A stretch of DNA of 64,000 nt from a bacterium (GCA_021790235.1 JAJYID010000002.1:26125-90124), one strand, 5' to 3'. Counted from the stretch's first letter, positions 9,551 through 17,540 are shown. Program-made: numbers and translations. The notes: generated by a model not told the origin, from the sequence alone.

Positions 9551-10981
9551 ATGACAGTTCGCACCAGATTTGCACCATCACCTACAGGGAAACCACATAT
9601 CGGAAATATTCGGACAGCTATTTTCGAATACCTTTATGCCAAGTCCAAAAACGGCGAATTTATTTTGCGCATAGAGGATACGGATCGCGAAAGATTTATT
9701 CCGGAAACTATCAAGTACATAGAAGAAAGCCTAAAATGGCTAGGACTTACGTGGGATAATGAAAATATTGTACATCAATCAACACGTCTCGATATTTACA
9801 AAAAATATTCGGAAAAACTCCTCGAGGAGGGAAAGGCTTATAAATGTTTCTGTTCAAAAGAAAGGTTAGCTGAGCTTCGAGAAAAACAAACCAAGGAAGG
9901 AAAGGCACCGGGATATGACGCTTGCTGCCGAAAGTTAAACCCCGAGGATGTCGAAAAACTAGAAAAGGGAGGAAAAACTAGTGTCTTAAGATTTAAAATT
10001 CCGGAAACTCCCAAAAAAGTTATCTGGGAAGATCTGGTTTGGGAAACAGTTTCCATCCGCGCAGATACCCAGGAAGACTTTATAATCATGAAATCAGACG
10101 GTTATCCGACCTACAACTTCGCCAATGTTATTGATGATCACGATATGGGAATCAGCCATGTCATAAGGGGTGAGGAATTCATTCCCTCCACACCTAAACA
10201 TATCCTCTTATATCTGGCTTTCGGTTGGCAGCATCCAAGTTTCGCCCATTTACCTTTAATTATTGGTAAAGACAAGAAAAAACTTTCAAAAAGACACGGC
10301 GACACAGATATTTTGGATTATAGGGAAGAAGGTTATCTGGCAGAGTCAATGCTAAACTTTCTCGTTCTACTGGGCTGGAATCTAGGTACAACCCAGGAGC
10401 TTTTTAGCTGCAAAGAGCTGATTAAATATTTTGATATAAAAAGGGTAGGGAAAGCGCCGGCCGTGTTCGACCTTGACAGGTTAAATTGGATAAACGGCGA
10501 GAAAATCCGAGCCATGAAAGTCGATGATTTAATAAAAGAAGTAGCAAGTTTCAATTCCAACTTTATGAAGAATAAGGATAGAGACCTGCTTCAAAGAGCA
10601 CTAATCGTAATGCAAACAAGGATGGTAACACTAAAGGATTTTACAGATGGCTCAGGCTTTTTCTTTGAGGATATCAAATATGACCCCAGGCTTTTAATCT
10701 TCAAAAAAAGCACTCAAGATGATAGTTTGGGCGGTCTAAAAAATGTTTTGGAACTTTTAGGACAAACCAAAGAAATAAAGAGCCCCAAAGACGCAGACAA
10801 GATCATGAAAAAAGCGGTTGCTTCACAGAGTTTATCAAATGGCGATGTTTTCTGGCCAGTGAGAGTCGCGCTATCCGGCCAAGAAAAAAGTCCTTCACCG
10901 GGAGAAATCATGTGGGCGCTTGGTCTGGCAAAATCAAAAGAAAGATTAGAAACAGCTGTTAAACTACTGGAAAATCCATGA
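9551..10981 (+). CDS. gltX: glutamate--tRNA ligase
   Basis: Has RTRFAPSPTGKPHIGNIRTA (HIGH) and KLSKRHG (KMSKS). It ends in TGA, overlapping the next ATG (ATGA). Confidence 0.95.
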   Translation: MTVRTRFAPSPTGKPHIGNIRTAIFEYLYAKSKNGEFILRIEDTDRERFIPETIKYIEESLKWLGLTWDNENIVHQSTRLDIYKKYSEKLLEEGKAYKCFCSKERLAELREKQTKEGKAPGYDACCRKLNPEDVEKLEKGGKTSVLRFKIPETPKKVIWEDLVWETVSIRADTQEDFIIMKSDGYPTYNFANVIDDHDMGISHVIRGEEFIPSTPKHILLYLAFGWQHPSFAHLPLIIGKDKKKLSKRHGDTDILDYREEGYLAESMLNFLVLLGWNLGTTQELFSCKELIKYFDIKRVGKAPAVFDLDRLNWINGEKIRAMKVDDLIKEVASFNSNFMKNKDRDLLQRALIVMQTRMVTLKDFTDGSGFFFEDIKYDPRLLIFKKSTQDDSLGGLKNVLELLGQTKEIKSPKDADKIMKKAVASQSLSNGDVFWPVRVALSGQEKSPSPGEIMWALGLAKSKERLETAVKLLENP

Positions 10982-11589
10982 GTGAAGGGGAAAAATCTGA
11001 TAAAAAAATTTATACGTTTTTAGCACATGCCGTGACTTACGCCACAACTCCGGCCATCGTCGGCGGGTTTCTGCTTTTTTATACTCTCTATATTTTCAGC
11101 CCAAACGAAAAGCTTTTTTTAGAAACGTTCGGAGCTATTTGTTTTTTTTCAATCATCATGCCGGTGCTTTTTACATTTTATTTAATGAGAAAAGAGAAGG
11201 TAGGCAACTTTCACATGAAAGAAAGAGAAGAGAGAACCATACCCTTCGCCTTCGCTATGGCAGTATCCGCCATCTCACTCCTCGCCGTAAAACTCTTAGG
11301 TACAAACCATGAATTTTTTAGAATAGTCCTCACTTTCTACCTCATGGGACTTGGCTACGTCATCATAAATATTTTAAGGTTTAAACTCAGCGGCCATATC
11401 TTTGTTTTCACCGCTTCGCTTCTAATCCTGACATTCTTTGTCGATGTCCGCTTCGTCTTTTTAGCCCCGCTGATAATCCTGATTGGTTGGTCAAGAGGAC
11501 GATTAAAAGAGCATACATTTGGTGAGGTTGCAGGAAGCTTAGCCTACTCCCTAGTCTCCTTCATTATTTTTTCGTTTTTGTTTCAATAG
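10978..11589 (+). CDS. integral membrane protein, function unknown
   Basis: 203 aa with about six hydrophobic segments. Translationally coupled to gltX. Confidence 0.5.
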   Translation: MSEGEKSDKKIYTFLAHAVTYATTPAIVGGFLLFYTLYIFSPNEKLFLETFGAICFFSIIMPVLFTFYLMRKEKVGNFHMKEREERTIPFAFAMAVSAISLLAVKLLGTNHEFFRIVLTFYLMGLGYVIINILRFKLSGHIFVFTASLLILTFFVDVRFVFLAPLIILIGWSRGRLKEHTFGEVAGSLAYSLVSFIIFSFLFQ

Positions 11590-11602
11590 GTTGAGAATTA
11601 AA

Positions 11603-12439
11603 TTATTTAGGGTTAGACAAGGGTTCTTTAACATCAATTGAATTTTTACAATCCCTATAACCAAGTTTCATGTTATCTATTAAAGCTTTTTTGTTATTGT
11701 TGAGATTTCTAGCCTGCAATCTTCTACTGGGGGATAGAGTGATAATATTGATGCCTCGAGGCACAGTAAAGACTTTGACTTTCCTCTTTTGCTCCACATA
11801 GTTCTTTCTAAAAAGTTTATTTCTAAAGAAAAACCAAACGTGAAATATGGACCCTGCTAAATGATTATCGTTAATTGTGTCTATAACTAAAATATCAGTT
11901 GCTCCCATTTCAACAGCTTTCATAACATGGCTACCCACCTCAGCTGACAAAGAAGTATCACAGTATTTTTCTCCTTGAATCATTATTTTTTTATTAAAAA
12001 TAATAGGTACAGCTTTTGTCGCTCGCAATGCTTCAAAGATGTCATCATGATTATTATTCGAGAAATATTCTATCTTTCCTGTACGCAGATTTGTCGCTGA
12101 AATAAGATATTTAATATTTGAAGAAGAAACTTTCCCTACATCTAGGGAAGCCTGTTTTTTAAATACATTATCAATTAAGTAATCGACGTCCATGACCCTC
12201 CAGAAACGTATGGGGTTAATAAATTTTCTTGTAGATAAAAGATTTGTCCAGATCTTTGTAATAAGATCGTATTGTCCCGCCACAAAGTAAGCCATCGTGC
12301 CTGCGCCTCCGGATCCGGTAATAACAATGTCAGGTTTTGTTAGATGAAACTCCTTTACAAGGGCACTGGTTGCACCCGCCCCATAACTAGAGGACATTCC
12401 TCCACCAGATACTACTATTGCAAGTTTTTTCTTAATCAT
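11603..12439 (-). CDS. patatin-like phospholipase family protein (tentative)
   Basis: The N-terminal glycine-rich loop LAIVVSGGGMSSSYGAGA and ITGSGGAGTMAY sit where patatin GGGxxG and GxSxG motifs occur. The nucleophile motif is non-canonical. Confidence 0.55.
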   Translation of the reverse strand: MIKKKLAIVVSGGGMSSSYGAGATSALVKEFHLTKPDIVITGSGGAGTMAYFVAGQYDLITKIWTNLLSTRKFINPIRFWRVMDVDYLIDNVFKKQASLDVGKVSSSNIKYLISATNLRTGKIEYFSNNNHDDIFEALRATKAVPIIFNKKIMIQGEKYCDTSLSAEVGSHVMKAVEMGATDILVIDTINDNHLAGSIFHVWFFFRNKLFRKNYVEQKRKVKVFTVPRGINIITLSPSRRLQARNLNNNKKALIDNMKLGYRDCKNSIDVKEPLSNPK

Positions 12440-12528
12440 TAATATTTATTCTAGCACTAAAACGCCTTTGCATTTAATTGAAAAATAAGCTCTTAGATGA
12501 TAAGATATCATAGTTAATTTTAAATTGC

Positions 12529-12602
12529 TCGGGAGTAGCCAAGTGGTAAGGCAACGGGTTTTGGTCCCGTGATCGCAGGTTCGAGTCCTGCCTCCCGAAC
12601 CA
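12529..12602 (+). tRNA. tRNA-Gln(TTG), CCA encoded
   Basis: TCGGGAGTAGCCAAGTGGTAAGGCAACGGGTTTTGGTCCCGTGATCGCAGGTTCGAGTCCTGCCTCCCGAACCA. It has a U1-A72 acceptor, anticodon loop TTTTGGT and T-loop GTTCGAG. Confidence 0.9.
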
Positions 12603-12686
12603 AAACGAGCGCATGTAGCGCTCGACATGTCTATAGGTAAATACATTCCTCGAGAATATATTTAATGGGTCTTTTTAATTTAAGTC

Positions 12687-12715
12687 TTGAAGAAATAGAT
12701 AATTAGTGGTAAAAT
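12687..12715 (+). promoter_or_regulatory. sigma-70-like promoter upstream of the PqqD/rSAM cassette
   Basis: TTGAAG (12687-12692), a 17-nt spacer, then TAAAAT (12710-12715), about 65 nt upstream of the GTG start. Confidence 0.5.
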
Positions 12716-12780
12716 CCTGGTGGAAATTTAAAGAAGGGTACAAGGCCCTTTTTTGTTTAGAATCTTGAAAGGAGTGTACA

Positions 12781-13083
12781 GTGGAAGATCTATACCTTGC
12801 GAAAGGCATTAATGTGTCTTCGCGCATTATTAATAATGTTGCCTACATCTACCTCGAGGATAGGAACGACCTTATATCCTTGAACGAAACAGGCAGTGAA
12901 GTGTGGCGCCTAGTGAATGGCAAGAGAAGGACAAGCGACATAGTCGACCATATCATCAAGTGCTATGATGCAGAGCCATGCGAGGTAAGGGATATTATCT
13001 ATAGTTTTATCCTTGACCTAATAGGTAAGGGCGCCTTAAAAACGTCTTCTGTCCCGTTTGAAGGAGTGATGGCTTATGGATAA
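12781..13083 (+). CDS. PqqD-family peptide chaperone (RRE-type)
   Basis: 100 aa with a GTG start after GGAG. LNETGSEVWRLVNGKRRTSDIVDHIIKCYDAEPCEVRDIIYSFILDLIGKGAL is the typical PqqD pattern. It overlaps the next gene by 8 nt. Confidence 0.8.
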   Translation: MEDLYLAKGINVSSRIINNVAYIYLEDRNDLISLNETGSEVWRLVNGKRRTSDIVDHIIKCYDAEPCEVRDIIYSFILDLIGKGALKTSSVPFEGVMAYG

Positions 13084-14131
13084 CGTCCTGGAGGTTAGAG
13101 ATTTAACCAGAATGGCGATAAAAGAGGTAATCCCCATCTCTGTTTTGATTGAAGTCTGCCATACATGCAATGAGAACTGTATTCATTGTTATTTGGCAGA
13201 CCATACGAGGAGGGGCATGACAACTGGGCAGTATGAGATGCTCTTCGATCAGCTCGTTGATGCGGGCACCTTCTTCGTGATTTTGACTGGTGGTGAGCCA
13301 TTTATGCGACGCGACTTTATGGAGATCGTACGGATGGCGAGGCGCCGCCGCATCTCTGTAACAATCTTCACCAATGGAACCCTCATAACAGAGCAGCTAG
13401 CAAGAGAGCTCGCCAGTCTATGGGTCCAAGAGGTTCATATCAGTGTCTATGGAGCTGACGCCTCAATCCACGACGGTATCACAAGGGTTCCAGGATCATT
13501 TAAGAAAAGTATGACGGCAGTTGATCTCCTGAAAAAAAACGGCATAACAGTGAGATTCAAATCCCCGCTAATGAGCAGAACTGCAGACGGCATTTCTGAA
13601 CTGAAGGCGTTGGCTGAAAGCAAGGATGTGGATCTGCAGTTCACGGCCGTGATAACAGCGATGAACGATGGGAATATGGCAACTACGAATCTACGACTGA
13701 CTGATGCTCAGCTCAAGGACCTCCTACTGGACGAGAAAATTGATAGCCACACATCTCAAGCAATTGAACGCCCGTCAACATGCGACTGTGTACCCTGTGA
13801 CACCGTATATAATGGTGGGGCCATTGACCCGTTTGGAAATGTCTTTCCATGCAATCAACTTCAGGTGTGTGGAGGGAATGTTCTTGAGCAGTCATTTGGT
13901 GACATTTGGTCAAACTCTTTTGCCTTTCGCAATCTGCGAGAGATGAGAGTTGACGGACTGGATGATTGTGATGGATGCAGTCTATTTCTCCAGTGTACAC
14001 GATGTCCCGGGTTGGCCCTGCTAGAAGACGGGGACATACGAGGTTGCTCATCCGCTGCTAAGAGGATAGCCAAGATTAGAAGATCTCTTGGAACATATCC
14101 TTTGCAGAACCATATCTTCAGCAAGATCTGA
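13076..14131 (+). CDS. radical SAM/SPASM domain peptide-modifying enzyme
   Basis: Has CNENCIHC (CxxxCxxC), GGEPF, and a C-terminal SPASM region CDTVYNGGAIDPFGNVFPC ... CDGCSLFLQCTRC ... GC. Confidence 0.9.
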   Translation: MDNVLEVRDLTRMAIKEVIPISVLIEVCHTCNENCIHCYLADHTRRGMTTGQYEMLFDQLVDAGTFFVILTGGEPFMRRDFMEIVRMARRRRISVTIFTNGTLITEQLARELASLWVQEVHISVYGADASIHDGITRVPGSFKKSMTAVDLLKKNGITVRFKSPLMSRTADGISELKALAESKDVDLQFTAVITAMNDGNMATTNLRLTDAQLKDLLLDEKIDSHTSQAIERPSTCDCVPCDTVYNGGAIDPFGNVFPCNQLQVCGGNVLEQSFGDIWSNSFAFRNLREMRVDGLDDCDGCSLFLQCTRCPGLALLEDGDIRGCSSAAKRIAKIRRSLGTYPLQNHIFSKI

Positions 14132-14171
14132 CGAAAAGGGGATATGGAATCTAAGGAAGGGAGGTGATGAC

Positions 14172-14249
14172 GTGAAACCGACAAAGAAGCAATTCGAACC
14201 ACCCAAGATCAGTACACACTCTAAGGAAGTCCGCCGGCTCAATTCTTGA
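14172..14249 (+). CDS. candidate small peptide ORF (25 codons) downstream of the rSAM gene; possible RiPP precursor
   Basis: GGGAGG (14159-14164) lies 7 nt before GTG 14172. The peptide is (M)KPTKKQFEPPKISTHSKEVRRLNS, followed by TGA 14247-14249. The same frame continues TRAGCQGK to TAG 14274-14276. It lies inside the same terminator-bounded unit. Confidence 0.4.
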   Translation: MKPTKKQFEPPKISTHSKEVRRLNS

Positions 14250-14315
14250 ACGCGTGCGGGCTGCCAGGGCAAGTAGTGCCCCGAAGCTGCCAGGACATGT
14301 AATGTCCTGAAACGG

Positions 14316-14346
14316 AGGCCCCTCCGCGAGGAGGGGCCTTTCTTAT
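14316..14346 (+). terminator. rho-independent terminator closing the cassette
   Basis: AGGCCCCTCC-GCGA-GGAGGGGCCT gives a perfect 10-bp GC-rich stem, followed by TTCTTATAT. Confidence 0.85.
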
Positions 14347-14373
14347 ATATATAAAACAAAGTAATATATTATT

Positions 14374-14817
14374 ATGAACAAAAAATATTTATATAAACTC
14401 AATCAATTTGTTATTGATTATTATAATTCGAGATCTAGCAAACCCCTTTGGGTTGTGTCGGAATTTAGTTGTAGTGAAATGTCTAGGTATATTGGCTATC
14501 ATGTGCTGAATGATTTACGGTCAGCAAAGGCGTACATTTTGAAGGGCAACATTTCTAAATCTTTATCTCATGATATTTTGTTAATTGAAACAGAAGGAAA
14601 ATTTACACTAATAGATCCAACAATATGGCAATTTTTCAAGAATAAAAAAAGTATCTTTGTTGATGATTATTGTGACTTAGAATCAGCAGTTGTTGGGGCA
14701 AAAAAAGTTTATACAGGTGACTGGAGTATTTCGGAAGAACTAAATAAAGGTACACTCAAAAGAGAGGTACCGGAAATGCTAAATATAATTAACAAAAATA
14801 TCAAAAACAACGATTAG
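14374..14817 (+). CDS. hypothetical protein
   Basis: 147-aa ORF with very low GC (about 27 percent in a hand-counted 100-nt sample) and no recognised motif. Confidence 0.5.
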   Translation: MNKKYLYKLNQFVIDYYNSRSSKPLWVVSEFSCSEMSRYIGYHVLNDLRSAKAYILKGNISKSLSHDILLIETEGKFTLIDPTIWQFFKNKKSIFVDDYCDLESAVVGAKKVYTGDWSISEELNKGTLKREVPEMLNIINKNIKNND

Positions 14818-14877
14818 CAACTCTATCGTCAAATTTGACATGTAAAGATTCATATTAGAATAGTAAATAGTGCTATA

Positions 14878-14960
14878 GTGTTCTCGAGCGGAGTGCTGAA
14901 CCAATAAGAGCACCAAAGGTGAGCGTAATACCTATGCCGTTAAGAATTAGAGCCCAACTG
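14878..14960 (+). repeat. decayed direct copy of tRNA-Gln 3' end region (R1)
   Basis: GTGTTCTCGAGCGGAGTGCTGAACCAATAAGAGCACC...TAAGAATTAGAGCCCAACTG aligns with R2 (16697-16779), and more weakly with 12578-12645. Confidence 0.6.
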
Positions 14961-15008
14961 TATAGAGTTAACTAGGGTATATTCATACAATATCAGGCGG
15001 CTGTGGTG

Positions 15009-15593
15009 TTACTTCCAGCCAACTTTTTTTAGTAACTCCCTGGAGGGCGGACCAAAACGTTGATATGCGTACTCAGGAAAAAGTTTTGAAAAATTGTTTA
15101 TCAGAAAATAATCAACCAACCTTTCTTTATCCTCGTGTACAATGTTAAGTTTATTTATTATTGGAATTTCAATTATGCAGTGAACGAATTCATGGACCAG
15201 GGTGTTATGAGGATTGTGGACATTGTGAATATTCATGATAATTTTCTGGGGTGGGTTATATGACCCCCCAACCCCATATTGAGTAATTAGTATGTTAATT
15301 TCGGTGGGGATATCGCAGTTTAGCCCCTCTAGTCCTTTTAATACAGTGTCTTGATGCTCGTCCCACCAGATTTTGATATCATTAATAAACAGATCAACTG
15401 TGGCATGATTCATCTCTTTCGCTATTATCTTTGTTATCTTATTAACATCCGCCATGTCTCGAGTCGTTAAACCATTTGGAATCTTAGGAGCATATCCATG
15501 CTCCACATAAAAATCCCTTTTACCTAAAGTGTATATGACCCTGCGGGCTTCATTCTCAATATCATAAGTAAAATCTAATTTTACTTTGCTCAT
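15009..15593 (-). CDS. hypothetical HExxH-motif protein (orphan family member A)
   Basis: 194 aa. It has LVHEFVHCIIE, preceded by a W-containing helix and a G..G.Y.P segment, and is colinear with ORFs 16836..17540 and 62863..63546. Confidence 0.55.
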   Translation of the reverse strand: MSKVKLDFTYDIENEARRVIYTLGKRDFYVEHGYAPKIPNGLTTRDMADVNKITKIIAKEMNHATVDLFINDIKIWWDEHQDTVLKGLEGLNCDIPTEINILITQYGVGGSYNPPQKIIMNIHNVHNPHNTLVHEFVHCIIEIPIINKLNIVHEDKERLVDYFLINNFSKLFPEYAYQRFGPPSRELLKKVGWK

Positions 15594-15817
15594 AGTCCCT
15601 TCTATGTTTTATCTGTTCCTCACTAAACTATACATCATAGTGCCACATTCGCAAAGTTTGCTCATGTTAAGGTGGCGAAGGTTCTAAGACATTGTCAAAC
15701 CTCCACTATCTTTCGGTCATGAATCGCTAACTTTACGTTTAGATTTTTAACAAGTTGTATCTTTTCGGAGTCACTGCCTTTCTTGAGCATGTACTGTCTT
15801 TTCTTCAAAATATGATG

Positions 15818-16561
15818 CTAAATTAATGTGACTATTTCTAATGCAGCTTTGAATAGTTTCTCTGGATCTCGTTCATTTTCGTGCAAATTCTGCCCATCAA
15901 TATTATCATCAGTGATTAAAAAACTAGCAAAACTTATATTACGAAATTGTGCAACTGCAATCAATGACGCCAGCTCCATATCGACAGCTATACAACCATT
16001 ATTTTTCATAGTCTGCAACTTTCCGACTGTCTCTCTATATACAGCATCAGTTGTCCAGACTTTACCATTTAAAAAATGTACGTCATATTTAGAAAAAAAT
16101 TTATTCATTACAATTATTGAATTGGCATCTTGAGTGACTTCATCGCTTGGTGGTAAATAATGATAGCTCACGCCTTCTTCTCGGTAAGCTGAAGTAGGAA
16201 TAATGATTGTATTTTTAGATATTTTTTTATCCATTGCTCCACATGTGCCAAATGCGACAATTTTATTTATTCCACTAGCAATTAACAGCTCCATTTCTAC
16301 GGCAGACATGGCAGAACCACCAACTCCATCGGCTGATGATACTAGTAATATATTTTCTTTGCCAGCTTTATATATCATAAAATTATCAAATACTCCTTTT
16401 TCGTCGTTTTTAACAGGCGACACTTCAATATTGTCTTGTTTTTTTATATAGTCTTCCCACACCTCATCATCAAATATCATTAAGGCCTTTGTTGGATTAC
16501 CGAATAAATCAAGACTAGTGGGACTGAATAATGCGTTCTTATCAGGATCAAATTTAATCAT
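15818..16561 (-). CDS. nucleoside phosphorylase family protein (PNP/UDP-1-like)
   Basis: The segments VGGSAMSAVEMELLIASGINKIVAFGTCGA, REEGVSYHY and AVDMELASL match the uridine/purine nucleoside phosphorylase fold pattern. Confidence 0.7.
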   Translation of the reverse strand: MIKFDPDKNALFSPTSLDLFGNPTKALMIFDDEVWEDYIKKQDNIEVSPVKNDEKGVFDNFMIYKAGKENILLVSSADGVGGSAMSAVEMELLIASGINKIVAFGTCGAMDKKISKNTIIIPTSAYREEGVSYHYLPPSDEVTQDANSIIVMNKFFSKYDVHFLNGKVWTTDAVYRETVGKLQTMKNNGCIAVDMELASLIAVAQFRNISFASFLITDDNIDGQNLHENERDPEKLFKAALEIVTLI

Positions 16562-16696
16562 TTATTCACTTTCCTTTTGAAGTTAAGTTAATAGCTTTAA
16601 TAAAAAATATTATAACATCTTTTTGCAGTGTCCCAAATGTCAAAAATAGTCTATCACTGTACCAGATTGTGCCATTTTATGGTAATATTGCCCTAA

Positions 16697-16779
16697 GGTT
16701 CTAGGGCGGAAAGCTGAACCAATATGAGCGCCTATTGCGCTCGACGTGCCTAGTAGATTAATAAGATCAGAACCAACTG
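16697..16779 (+). repeat. direct copy of tRNA-Gln 3' end plus downstream hairpin (R2)
   Basis: GGTTCTAGGGCGGAAAGCTGAACCAATATGAGCGCCTATTGCGCTCGACGTGCCTAGTAG compared with 12578-: GGTTCGAGTCCTGCCTCCCGAACCAAAACGAGCGCATGTAGCGCTCGACATGTCTATAGG. Confidence 0.7.
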
Positions 16780-16835
16780 ATCGACCTACTATGATATGGT
16801 GAATTGATTCCTTCCCGCTTAGGGTAAAATTAAAA

Positions 16836-17540
16836 ATGAGTTATCCAAAAATAAAATTTGCAATTAACAAATCCTTAGATAAAAGGATGACTTATGAATT
16901 CCTGAAGGATGGGACCAAGGCTGGGCTTAACTTTGCTGAAGGTGTTCTTAAAATACACCCTGATCTTAAAATAGCTCAGCGACTTCAAGGCAAAGAAAAA
17001 ATATCTGCAATAAATAAATATGTCGATAAATACTATGATGAAAACAGCAATTCATTGCTTCTGGCGAAAAGCACATTTCAAAAAGAGTGGGATGTTTATG
17101 AGAAAAATTTTTTTCAAGCAGCCGAGGGGGTATTTGGTAGAATCTCTTGGCCCAAAGGACAGTATAAGGGTTTCATTTCTATAATACCCTCGGGTCCTAG
17201 ATTTATAGGTACTAAAACGTGGCAGACACCCTATCTGACTCCTCAATATTTTAAGGCTCAGGTAATACATGAGGTTCTGCATTTCCAGTTTTTTAACTTA
17301 GTCAATAAACTAAAAATTTCGGATCAGCTGACCGAAGATCAACTTTGGCATTTATCTGAAATCTTTAATGATATTGTCCAGAGAGAACCTGAATTCGAAA
17401 AAATCCAAGGCTACAAAAAAAATATTGGATATCCCGACCACATTTCTATTCATAAAAAATACTTATCTATCTGGCAAAGATCAAAAAATGCCAAGTTATT
17501 CATCCTTAATGCAATGAAAGAGATAAGAAAAGATTTTTAA
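16836..17540 (+). CDS. hypothetical HExxH-motif protein (orphan family member B)
   Basis: 234 aa with VIHEVLHFQFFN. The upstream F.KEW...FF......FG segment is colinear with member D. Confidence 0.55.
   Translation: MSYPKIKFAINKSLDKRMTYEFLKDGTKAGLNFAEGVLKIHPDLKIAQRLQGKEKISAINKYVDKYYDENSNSLLLAKSTFQKEWDVYEKNFFQAAEGVFGRISWPKGQYKGFISIIPSGPRFIGTKTWQTPYLTPQYFKAQVIHEVLHFQFFNLVNKLKISDQLTEDQLWHLSEIFNDIVQREPEFEKIQGYKKNIGYPDHISIHKKYLSIWQRSKNAKLFILNAMKEIRKDF

Noticed and set aside
12446-12646. Track ORF of 66 aa on the minus strand
   Set aside because: It lies entirely over tRNA-Gln and its downstream hairpin, so it is a spurious reading through a structured RNA gene.
14247-14249. Idea that the in-frame TGA reflects a genome-wide alternative genetic code (UGA = Gly or Trp)
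   Set aside because: Host genes use TGA as a genuine stop, for example gltX at 10979-10981 and the rSAM gene itself at 14129-14131. Reading TGA as sense would fuse well-defined genes. Only local recoding (Sec) or a real stop remains plausible.
14246-14302. Cys-rich peptide in the -1 frame, (L/M)NACGLPGQVVPRSCQDM
   Set aside because: It looks attractive as a thioether core. But it has only a TTG with no SD, a TAA 8 codons upstream in its frame, and would need a frameshift to join the leader-like ORF. It is recorded in the finding but not called as a feature.
13095-14359. Cluster of antisense and alternate-frame ORFs (13095..13301, 13447..13644, 13704..13946, 13713..14051, 13861..14202, 14048..14359)
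   Set aside because: These are shadow ORFs expected from the elevated GC of the PqqD/rSAM cassette. None has an RBS or any motif, and all overlap the well-supported rSAM gene.
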